A model generated the notes under the pieces. That model made no database searches. It was not told where the DNA came from and was given only the letters and a program-made list of their open reading frames with translations. Shown in pieces: positions 49,101 to 60,585 of a stretch of DNA of 64,000 nucleotides (positions are counted from its first letter, which is position 1; each line of letters starts with the position of its first letter). The translations under genes and the position numbers were made by a program. This stretch comes from Eledone cirrhosa (taxonomy: Eukaryota), in assembly GCA_964016885.1 (NCBI GenBank), contig OZ024741.1:408146001-408210000 (forward strand), in the 5' to 3' direction.

Positions 49101-51800
49101 GTGGATGGCTGTGTAACTGGAAGATTAGCAGGTTTGTTGGGTGGATGGCTGGGTAACTGGGAGGTTAACAGGTCTGTTGGGTGGATGGCTGAGTAACTGG
49201 AAGGTTAACAGATTTGTTGGGTGGATGGTTGGGTAACTGGAAGGTTAATAGGTTTGTTGGCTGGATGGCTGCGTAACTGGAAGGTTAGCAGGTTTGTTGG
49301 GTGGATGGCTGGGTACCGGAAGGTTAAAAGGTTTTTTGGGTGGAGGGCTGGGTAACTGGAAGGTTAGCAGTTTTGTTGGGTGGATGGCTGGGTAACTGGA
49401 AGATTAGCAGGTTTGTTGTGTGGGTGGCTGGGTAACTGGAAGATTAGCAGGTTTGTTGGGTGGATGGCTGGGTAACTGGGAGGTTAACAGGTCTGTTGGG
49501 TGGATGGCTGAGTAACTGGAAGGTTAACAGATTTGTTGGGTGGATGGCTGGGTAACTGGAAGGTTAACAGGTTTGTTGGGTGGATGGCTGGGTAACTGGA
49601 AGGTTAATAGGTTTGTTGGCTGGGTAACTGGAAGGTTAGCAGGTTTGTTGGGTGGATGGCTGGGTACCGGAAGGTTAACAGGTTTTTTGGGTGGAGGGCT
49701 GGGTAACTGGAAGTTTAGCAGTTTTGTTGGGTGCATGGCTGGGTTACTGGAAGGTTAGCAGGTTTGTTGGGTTGATGGCTGGGTAACTGGAAGGTTAGCA
49801 GGTTTGTTGGATGGATGGCTGGGTACTGAAAGGTTAGCAGGTTTGTTGGCTATATGCTAGGTAACTGGAAGGTTAGCTGGTTTGTTGGGTGGATGGCTGG
49901 GTAACTGGAAGGTTAACAGGTTTGTTGGGTGGATGGCTGGGTAACTGGAAGGTTAACAGGTTTGTTGGGTGGATGGCTGGGTAACTGGAAGGTTAGCAGG
50001 TTTGTTGTGTGGATGGCTGAGTAACTGGAAGGTCAACAGGTTTGTTGGGTGGATGGCTGAGTAACTGGAAGGTTAACAGGTTTGTTGGGTGGATGGCTGG
50101 GTAACTGGAAGGTTAACAGGTTTGTTGGGTGGATGGCTGGGTAACTGGAAGGTTAGCAGGTTTGTTGTGTGGATGGCTGAGTAACTGGAAGGTCAACAGG
50201 TTTGTTGGGTGGATGGCTGAGTAACTGGTAGGTTAACAGGTTTGTTTGGTGGGTGACTGGGTAACTGGAAGGTTAACAGGTTTGTTGGGTGGATGGCTGG
50301 GTAACTGGAAGATTAACAGCTTTGTTGGGTGGTTGGCTGGGTATTGAAAGGTTAGCAGGTTTGTTGGGTAGATGGCTAGGTAACTGGAAGTTTAGCTGGT
50401 TTGTTGGGTGGATGGCTGGGTAACTGGAAGGTTAGCAGGTTTGTTGGGTGAATGGCTGAGTAACTGGAAGGTTAGCAGTTTTGTTGGGTGGATGGCTGGG
50501 TATTTGGAAGATTAGCAGGTTTGTTGGGTGGATGGCTGGGTACCTGGAAGATTAGCAGGTTTGTTGGGTGGATGGCTGGGTAACTGGAAGTTTAACAGGT
50601 TTGTTGGGTGCATGGCTGGGTTACTGGAAGGTTAGCAGGTTTGTTGGGTGGATGGCAGGGTAACTGGAAGGTTAGCAGGTTTGTTGGATGGATGGCTGGG
50701 TACTGAAAGGTTAGCAGGATTGTTGGGTAGATGGCTAGGTAACTGGAAGGTTAGCTGGTTTGTTGGGTGGATGGCTGGGTAACTGGAAGGTTAGCAGGTT
50801 TGTTGGGTGGATGGCTGAGTAACTGGAAGGTTAGCAGTTTTGTTGGGTGGATGGCTGGGTAACTGGAAGATTAACAGGTTTGTTGGGTGGATGGCTGGGT
50901 AACTGGAAGGTTAACAGGTAAGTTGGGTGGATGGCTGGGTAACTGTAAGGTTAACAGGTTTGTTGGGTGGATGGCTGGGTAACTGGAAGGTTAATAGGTT
51001 TGTTGGCTGGATGGCTGGGTAACTGGAAGGTTAGCAGGTTTGTTGGGTGGATGGCTGAGTACCGGAAGGTTAACAGGTTTTTTGTGTGGAGGGCTGGGTA
51101 ACTGGAAGGTTAGCAGATTTGTTGGGTGGATACCTGGGTAACTGGAAGTTTAGCAGGTTTGTTGGGTGCATGGCTGGGTTACTGGAAGGTTAGCAGGTTT
51201 GTTGGGTGGATGGCAGGGTAACTGGAAGGTTAGCAGGTTTGTTGGATGGATGGCTGGGTACTGAAAGGTTAGCAGGATTGTTGGGTAGATGGCTAGGTAA
51301 CTGGAAGGTTAGCTGGTTTGTTGGGTGGATGGCTGGGTAACTGGAAGGTTAGCAGGTTTGTTGGGTGGATGGCTGAGTAACTGGAAGGTTAGCAGTTTTG
51401 TTGGGTGGATGGCTGGGTATGTGGAAGATTAGCAGGTTTGTTGGGTGGATGGCTGGGTAACTGGAAGATTAGCAGGTTTGTTGGGTGGATGGCTGGGTAA
51501 CTGGAAGGTTAACAGTTCTGTTGGGTGGATGGCTGAGTAACTGGAAGGATAACAGGTTTGTTGGGTGGATGGCTGAGTAACTGGAAGGTTAGCAGGTTTG
51601 TTGGGTGGATGGCTGAGTAACTGGTAGGTTAACAGGTTTGTTGGGTGGATGGCTGGGTAACTCGAAGATTAGCAGGTTTGTTGGGTGGATGGCTGGGTAT
51701 TTGGAAGATTAGCAGGTTTGTTGGGTGGTAGGCTGGGTAACTGGAAGATTAGCAGGTTTGTTGGGTGGATGGCTGGGTAACTTGGAGGTTAACAGGTCTG
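45350..51800 (+). repeat. Tandem duplication with 2624-bp period (two full copies plus a partial third)
   Basis: Identical ORF-track entries 46916/49540 and 46900/49524; shared 8-nt deletion near 46996/49620; AACTGTAAG at 45697, 48321 and 50945 (2624 apart each). Confidence 0.92.
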
Positions 51801-52989
51801 TTGGGTGGATGGCTGAGTAACTGGAAGGTTAACAGGTTTGTTTGGTGGGTGACTGGGTAACTGGAAGGTTAACAGGTTTGTTGGGTGGATGGCTGGGTAA
51901 CTGGAAGATTAACAGATTTGTTGGGTGGATGGCTGGGTAACTGGAAGGTTAATAGGTTTGTTGGCTGGATGGCTGCGTAACTGGAAGGTTAGCAGGTTTG
52001 TTGCGTGGATGGCTGGGTACCGGAATGTTAACAGGTTTTTTGGGTGGAGGGCTGGGTAACTGGAAGGTTAGCAGTTTTGTTGGGTGGATGGCTGGGTAAC
52101 TGGAAGAATAGCAGGTTTGTTGGGTGGGTGGCTGGGTAACTGGAAGATTAGCAGGTTTGTTGGGTGGATGGCTGGGTAACTGGGAGGTTAACAGGTCTGT
52201 TGGGTGGATGGCTGGGTAACTGGAAGGTTAACAGGTTTGTTGGGTGGATGGCTGGGTAACTGGAAGGTTAATAGGTTTGTTGGCTGGATGGCTGGGTAAC
52301 TGGAAGGTTAGCAGGTTTGTTGGGTGGATGGCTGGGTACCGGAAGGTTAACAGGTTTTTTGGGTGGAGGGCTGGGTAACTGGAAGGTTAGCAGATTTGTT
52401 GGGTGGATGCCTGGGTAACTGGAAGTTTAGCAGTTTTGTTGGGTGCATGGCTGGGTTACTGGAAGGTTAGCAGGTTTGTTGGGTTGATGGCTGGGTAACT
52501 GGAAGGTTAGCAGGTTTGTTGGCTAGATGCTAGGTAACTGGAAGGTTAGCTGGTTTGTTGGGTGGGTGGCTGGGTAACTGGAAGGTTAGCAGGTTTGTTG
52601 TGTGGATGGCTGAGTAACTGGAAGGTCAACAGGTTTGTTGGGTGGATGGCTGAGTAACTGGTAGGTTAACAGGTTTGTTTGGTGGGTGACTGGGTAACTG
52701 GAAGGTTAACAGGTTTGTTGGGTGGATGGCTGGGTAACTGGAAGATTAACAGGTTTGTTGGGTGGATGGCTGGGTAACTGGAAGGTTAATAGGTTTGTTG
52801 GCTGGATGGCTGGGTAACTGGAAGGTTAGCAGGTTTGTTGGGTGGATGGCTGGGTACCGGAAGGTTAACAGGTTTTTTGGGTGGAGGGCTGGGTAACTGG
52901 AAGGTTTGCAGATTTCTTGGGTGGATGCCTGGGTAACTGGAAGTTTAGCAGGTTTGTTGGGTGCATGGCTGGGTTACTGGAAGATTAGC

Positions 52990-55900
52990 AGGTTTGTTGG
53001 GTGGATGGCTGGGTAACTGGAAAGTTAGCAGGTTTGTTGGATGGATGGCTGGGTATTGAAAGGTTAGCAGGTTTGTTGGGTAGATGGCTAGGTAACTGGA
53101 AGTTTAGCTGGTTTGTTGGGTGGATGGCTGGGTAACTGGAAGGTTAGCAGGTTTGTTGGGTGGATGGCTGAGTAACTGGAAGGTTAGCAGTTTTGTTGGG
53201 TGGATGGCTGGGTAACTGGAAGATTAGCAGGTTTGTTGGGTGGGTGGCTGGGTAACTGGAAGATTAGCAGGTTTGTTGGGTGGATGGCTGGGTAACTGGG
53301 AGGTTAACAGGTCTGTTGGGTGGATGGCTGAGTAACTGGAAGGTTAACAGATTTGTTGGGTGGATGGCTGGGTAACTGGAAGGTTAACAGGTTTGTTGGG
53401 TGGATGGCTGGGTAACTGGAAGGTTAATAGGTTTGTTGGCTGGATGGCTGGGTAACTGGAAGGTTAGCAGGTTTGTTGGGTGGATGGCTGGGTACCGGAA
53501 GGTTAACAGGTTTTTTGGGTGGAGGGCTGGGTAACTGGAAGGTTTGCAGATTTCTTGGGTGGATGCCTGGGTAACTGGAAGTTTAGCAGGTTTGTTGGGT
53601 GCATGGCTGGGTTACTGGAAGATTAGCAGGTTTGTTGGGTGGATGGCTGGGCAACTGGAAAGTTAGCAGGTTTATTGGATGGATGGCTGGGTATTGAAAG
53701 GTTAGCAGGTTTGTTGGGTAGATGGCTAGGTAACTGGAAGTTTAGCTGGTTTGTTGGGTGGATGGCTGGGTAACTGGAAGGTTAGCAGGTTTGTTGGGTG
53801 GATGGCTGAGTAACTGGAAGGTTAGCAGTTTTGTTGGGTGGATGGCTGGGTAACTGGAAGATTAGCAGGTTTGTTGGGTGGATGGCTGGGTACCTGGAAG
53901 ATTAGCAGGTTTGTTGGGTGGATGGCTGGGTAACTGGAAGTTTAACAGGTCTGTTGGGTGGATGGCTGAGTAACTGGAAGGTTAACAGGTATGTTGGGTG
54001 GATGGCTGAGTAACTGGAAGGTTAGCAGGTTTGTTGGGTGGATGGCTGAGTAACTGGTAGGTTAACAGGTTTGTTTGGTGGGTGGCTGGGTAACTGGAAG
54101 ATTAACAGGTTTGTTGGGTGGATGGCTGGGTAACTGGAAGGTTAACAGGTAAGTTGGGTGGATGGTTGGGTAACTGGAAGGTTAACAGGTTTGTTGGGTG
54201 GATGGCTGGGTAACTGGAAGGTTAACAGGTTTGTTGGGTGGATGGCTGAGTAACTGGAAGGTTAGCAGGTTTGTTGGGTGGATGGCTGAGTAACTGGAAG
54301 GTTAACAGTTTTGTTGGGTGGATGGCTGAGTAACTGGAAGGTTAACAGTTTTGTTGGGTGGATGGCTGAGTCACTGATAGGTTAACAGGTTTGTTTGGTG
54401 GGTGGCTGGTTAACTGGAAGATTAACAGGTTTGTTGGGTGGATGGCTGGGTATTTGGAAGGTTAACAGGTAAGTTGGGTGGAATGCTGGGTAACTGGAAG
54501 GTTAACTGGTTTGTTGGGTGGATGGCTGGTTAACTGGAAGGTTAATAGGTTTGTTGGGTGGATGGCTGAGTAACTGGAAGATTAATAGGTTTGTTGGGTG
54601 GATGGCTGAGTAACTGGAAGGTTAATAGGTTTGTTGGGTGGATGGCTGAGTAACTGGCAGGTTAATAGATTTGTTGGGTGGATGGCTGGGTAACTGGAAG
54701 GTTAGCAGTTTTGTTGGGTGGATGGCTGAGTAACTGGAAGGTTAACAGTTTTGTTGGGTGGATTCCTGGGTAACTGGAAGGTTAGCAGGTTTGTTGGGTG
54801 GATGGCTGAGTAACTGGAAGGTTAACAGGTTTGTTGGGTGGATGGCTGAGTAACTGGAAGATTAGCAGGTTTGTTGGGTGGATGGCTGGGTAACTGGAAG
54901 TTTAACAGGTTTGTTGGGTGCATGGCAGGGTTACTGGAAGGTTAGCAGGTTTGTTGGGTGGATGGCAGGGTAACTGGAAGGTTAGCAGGTTTGTTGGATG
55001 GATGGCTGGGTACTGAAAGGTTAGCAGGATTGTTGGGTAGATGGCTAGGTAACTGGAAGGTTAGCTGGTTTGTTGGGTGGATGGCTGGGTAACTGGAAGG
55101 TTAGCAGGTTTGTTGGGTGGATGGCTGAGTAACTGGAAGGTTAGCAGTTTTGTTGGGTGGATGGCTGGGTAACTGGAAGATTAACAGGTTTGTTGGGTGG
55201 ATGGCTGGGTAACTGGAAGGTTAACAGGTAAGTTGGGTGGATGGCTGGGTAACTGTAAGGTTAACAGGTTTGTTGGGTGGATGGCTGGGTAACTGGAAGG
55301 TTAATAGGTTTGTTGGCTGGATGGCTGGGTAACTGGAAGGTTAGCAGGTTTGTTGGGTGGATGGCTGAGTACCGGAAGGTTAACAGGTTTTTTGTGTGGA
55401 GGGCTGGGTAACTGGAAGGTTAGCAGATTTGTTGGGTGGATACCTGGGTAACTGGAAGTTTAGCAGGTTTGTTGGGTGCATGGCTGGGTTACTGGAAGGT
55501 TAGCAGGTTTGTTGGGTGGATGGCAGGGTAACTGGAAGGTTAGCAGGTTTGTTGGATGGATGGCTGGGTACTGAAAGGTTAGCAGGATTGTTGGGTAGAT
55601 GGCTAGGTAACTGGAAGGTTAGCTGGTTTGTTGGGTGGATGGCTGGGTAACTGGAAGGTTAGCAGGTTTGTTGGGTGGATGGCTGAGTAACTGGAAGGTT
55701 AGCAGTTTTGTTGGGTGGATGGCTGGGTATGTGGAAGATTAGCAGGTTTGTTGGGTGGATGGCTGGGTAACTGGAAGATTAGCAGGTTTGTTGGGTGGAT
55801 GGCTGGGTAACTGGAAGGTTAACAGTTCTGTTGGGTGGATGGCTGAGTAACTGGAAGGTTAACAGGTTTGTTGGGTGGATGGCTGAGTAACTGGAAGGTT

Positions 55901-58900
55901 AGCAGGTTTGTTGGGTGGATGGCTGAGTAACTGGTAGGTTAACAGGTTTGTTGGGTGGATGGCTGGGTAACTCGAAGATTAGCAGGTTTGTTGGGTGGAT
56001 GGCTGGGTATTTGGAAGATTAGCAGGTTTGTTGGGTGGTAGGCTGGGTAACTGGAAGATTAGCAGGTTTGTTGGGTGGATGGCTGGGTAACTGGGAGGTT
56101 AACAGGTCTGTTGGGTGGATGGCTGAGTAACTGGAAGGTTAACAGGTTTGTTTGGTGGGTGACTGGGTAACTGGAAGGTTAACAGGTTTGTTGGGTGGAT
56201 GGCTGGGTAACTGGAAGATTAACAGATTTGTTGGGTGGATGGCTGGGTAACTGGAAGGTTAATAGGTTTGTTGGCTGGATGGCTGCGTAACTGGAAGGTT
56301 AGCAGGTTTGTTGCGTGGATGGCTGGGTACCGGAATGTTAACAGGTTTTTTGGGTGGAGGGCTGGGTAACTGGAAGGTTAGCAGTTTTGTTGGGTGGATG
56401 GCTGGGTAACTGGAAGAATAGCAGGTATGTTGGGTGGGTGGCTGGGTAACTGGAAGATTAGCAGGTTTGTTGGGTGGATGGCTGGGTAACTGGGAGGTTA
56501 ACAGGTCTGTTGGGTGGATGGCTGGGTAACTGGAAGGTTAACAGGTTTGTTGGGTGGATGGCTGGGTAACTGGAAGGTTAATAGGTTTGTTGGCTGGATG
56601 GCTGGGTAACTGGAAGGTTAGCAGGTTTGTTGGGTGGATGGCTGGGTACCGGAAGGTTAACAGGTTTTTTGGGTGGAGGGCTGGGTAACTGGAAGGTTAG
56701 CAGATTTGTTGGGTGGATGCCTGGGTAACTGGAAGTTTAGCAGTTTTGTTGGGTGCATGGCTGGGTTACTGGAAGGTTAGCAGGTTTGTTGGGTGGATGG
56801 CTGGGTAACTGGAAAGTTAGCAGGTTTGTTGGATGGATGGCTGGGTATTGAAAGGTTAGCAGGTTTGTTGGGTAGATGGCTAGGTAACTGGAAGTTTAGC
56901 TGGTTTGTTGGGTGGATGGCTGGGTAACTGGAAGGTTAGCAGGTTTGTTGGGTGGATGGCTGAGTAACTGGAAGGTTAGCAGTTTTGTTGGGTGGATGGC
57001 TGGGTAACTGGAAGATTAGCAGGTTTGTTGGGTGGGTGGCTGGGTAACTGGAAGATTAGCAGGTTTGTTGGGTGGATGGCTGGGTAACTGGGAGGTTAAC
57101 AGGTCTGTTGGGTGGATGGCTGAGTAACTGGAAGGTTAACAGATTTGTTGGGTGGATGGCTGGGTAACTGGAAGGTTAACAGGTTTGTTGGGTGGATGGC
57201 TGGGTAACTGGAAGGTTAATAGGTTTGTTGGCTGGATGGCTGGGTAACTGGAAGGTTAGCAGGTTTGTTGGGTGGATGGCTGGGTACCGGAAGGTTAACA
57301 GGTTTTTTGGGTGGAGGGCTGGGTAACTGGAAGGTTTGCAGATTTCTTGGGTGGATGCCTGGGTAACTGGAAGTTTAGCAGGTTTGTTGGGTGCATGGCT
57401 GGGTTACTGGAAGATTAGCAGGTTTGTTGGGTGGATGGCTGGGCAACTGGAAAGTTAGCAGGTTTATTGGATGGATGGCTGGGTATTGAAAGGTTAGCAG
57501 GTTTGTTGGGTAGATGGCTAGGTAACTGGAAGTTTAGCTGGTTTGTTGGGTGGATGGCTGGGTAACTGGAAGGTTAGCAGGTTTGTTGGGTGGATGGCTG
57601 AGTAACTGGAAGGTTAGCAGTTTTGTTGGGTGGATGGCTGGGTAACTGGAAGATTAGCAGGTTTGTTGGGTGGATGGCTGGGTACCTGGAAGATTAGCAG
57701 GTTTGTTGGGTGGATGGCTGGGTAACTGGAAGTTTAACAGGTCTGTTGGGTGGATGGCTGAGTAACTGGAAGGTTAACAGGTATGTTGGGTGGATGGCTG
57801 AGTAACTGGAAGGTTAGCAGGTTTGTTGGGTGGATGGCTGAGTAACTGGTAGGTTAACAGGTTTGTTTGGTGGGTGGCTGGGTAACTGGAAGATTAACAG
57901 GTTTGTTGGGTGGATGGCTGGGTAACTGGAAGGTTAACAGGTAAGTTGGGTGGATGGTTGGGTAACTGGAAGGTTAACAGGTTTGTTGGGTGGATGGCTG
58001 GGTAACTGGAAGGTTAACAGGTTTGTTGGGTGGATGGCTGAGTAACTGGAAGGTTAGCAGGTTTGTTGGGTGGATGGCTGAGTAACTGGAAGGTTAACAG
58101 TTTTGTTGGGTGGATGGCTGAGTAACTGGAAGGTTAACAGTTTTGTTGGGTGGATGGCTGAGTCACTGATAGGTTAACAGGTTTGTTTGGTGGGTGGCTG
58201 GTTAACTGGAAGATTAACAGGTTTGTTGGGTGGATGGCTGGGTATTTGGAAGGTTAACAGGTAAGTTGGGTGGAATGCTGGGTAACTGGAAGGTTAACTG
58301 GTTTGTTGGGTGGATGGCTGGTTAACTGGAAGGTTAATAGGTTTGTTGGGTGGATGGCTGAGTAACTGGAAGATTAATAGGTTTGTTGGGTGGATGGCTG
58401 AGTAACTGGAAGGTTAATAGGTTTGTTGGGTGGATGGCTGAGTAACTGGCAGGTTAATAGATTTGTTGGGTGGATGGCTGGGTAACTGGAAGGTTAGCAG
58501 TTTTGTTGGGTGGATGGCTGAGTAACTGGAAGGTTAACAGTTTTGTTGGGTGGATTCCTGGGTAACTGGAAGGTTAGCAGGTTTGTTGGGTGGATGGCTG
58601 AGTAACTGGAAGGTTAACAGGTTTGTTGGGTGGATGGCTGAGTAACTGGAAGATTAGCAGGTTTGTTGGGTGGATGGCTGGGTAACTGGAAGTTTAACAG
58701 GTTTGTTGGGTGCATGGCAGGGTTACTGGAAGGTTAGCAGGTTTGTTGGGTGGATGGCAGGGTAACTGGAAGGTTAGCAGGTTTGTTGGATGGATGGCTG
58801 GGTACTGAAAGGTTAGCAGGATTGTTGGGTAGATGGCTAGGTAACTGGAAGGTTAGCTGGTTTGTTGGGTGGATGGCTGGGTAACTGGAAGGTTAGCAGG

Positions 58901-60585
58901 TTTGTTGGGTGGATGGCTGAGTAACTGGAAGGTTAGCAGTTTTGTTGGGTGGATGGCTGGGTAACTGGAAGATTAACAGGTTTGTTGGGTGGATGGCTGG
59001 GTAACTGGAAGGTTAACAGGTAAGTTGGGTGGATGGCTGGGTAACTGTAAGGTTAACAGGTTTGTTGGGTGGATGGCTGGGTAACTGGAAGGTTAATAGG
59101 TTTGTTGGCTGGATGGCTGGGTAACTGGAAGGTTAGCAGGTTTGTTGGGTGGATGGCTGAGTACCGGAAGGTTAACAGGTTTTTTGTGTGGAGGGCTGGG
59201 TAACTGGAAGGTTAGCAGATTTGTTGGGTGGATACCTGGGTAACTGGAAGTTTAGCAGGTTTGTTGGGTGCATGGCTGGGTTACTGGAAGGTTAGCAGGT
59301 TTGTTGGGTGGATGGCAGGGTAACTGGAAGGTTAGCAGGTTTGTTGGATGGATGGCTGGGTACTGAAAGGTTAGCAGGATTGTTGGGTAGATGGCTAGGT
59401 AACTGGAAGGTTAGCTGGTTTGTTGGGTGGATGGCTGGGTAACTGGAAGGTTAGCAGGTTTGTTGGGTGGATGGCTGAGTAACTGGAAGGTTAGCAGTTT
59501 TGTTGGGTGGATGGCTGGGTATGTGGAAGATTAGCAGGTTTGTTGGGTGGATGGCTGGGTAACTGGAAGATTAGCAGGTTTGTTGGGTGGATGGCTGGGT
59601 AACTGGAAGGTTAACAGTTCTGTTGGGTGGATGGCTGAGTAACTGGAAGGTTAACAGGTTTGTTGGGTGGATGGCTGAGTAACTGGAAGGTTAGCAGGTT
59701 TGTTGGGTGGATGGCTGAGTAACTGGTAGGTTAACAGGTTTGTTGGGTGGATGGCTGGGTAACTCGAAGATTAGCAGGTTTGTTGGGTGGATGGCTGGGT
59801 ATTTGGAAGATTAGCAGGTTTGTTGGGTGGTAGGCTGGGTAACTGGAAGATTAGCAGGTTTGTTGGGTGGATGGCTGGGTAACTGGGAGGTTAACAGGTC
59901 TGTTGGGTGGATGGCTGAGTAACTGGAAGGTTAACAGGTTTGTTTGGTGGGTGACTGGGTAACTGGAAGGTTAACAGGTTTGTTGGGTGGATGGCTGGGT
60001 AACTGGAAGATTAACAGATTTGTTGGGTGGATGGCTGGGTAACTGGAAGGTTAATAGGTTTGTTGGCTGGATGGCTGCGTAACTGGAAGGTTAGCAGGTT
60101 TGTTGCGTGGATGGCTGGGTACCGGAATGTTAACAGGTTTTTTGGGTGGAGGGCTGGGTAACTGGAAGGTTAGCAGTTTTGTTGGGTGGATGGCTGGGTA
60201 ACTGGAAGAATAGCAGGTATGTTGGGTGGGTGGCTGGGTAACTGGAAGATTAGCAGGTTTGTTGGGTGGATGGCTGGGTAACTGGGAGGTTAACAGGTCT
60301 GTTGGGTGGATGGCTGGGTAACTGGAAGGTTAACAGGTTTGTTGGGTGGATGGCTGGGTAACTGGAAGGTTAATAGGTTTGTTGGCTGGATGGCTGGGTA
60401 ACTGGAAGGTTAGCAGGTTTGTTGGGTGGATGGCTGGGTACCGGAAGGTTAACAGGTTTTTTGGGTGGAGGGCTGGGTAACTGGAAGGTTAGCAGATTTG
60501 TTGGGTGGATGCCTGGGTAACTGGAAGTTTAGCAGTTTTGTTGGGTGCATGGCTGGGTTACTGGAAGGTTAGCAGGTTTGTTGGG
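52990..60585 (+). repeat. Near-identical tandem duplication with 3792-bp period (junction near 56,785), within three related about 4-kb superblocks spanning 50.6-63.35 kb
   Basis: Constant offset 3792 for AAAG 53021/56813, GTTAACTG 54501/58293, CATGGCAGGGTTAC 54921/58713, AACTGTAAG 55255/59047 and CGGAATG 56331/60123. Confidence 0.92.

Noticed and set aside
3979-49758. Eight 60-73 aa ORFs in the track (G/W/L-rich on +, P/Q/T/N-rich on -)
   Set aside because: They are translations of the satellite. With a 40-nt period, each frame meets the TAA/TAG stops (monomer positions 11 and 23 on +; TTA read as TAA on -) about every 120 nt. Longer ORFs arise only where variants or indels remove a stop. 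Identical ORF pairs simply mark DNA duplications.
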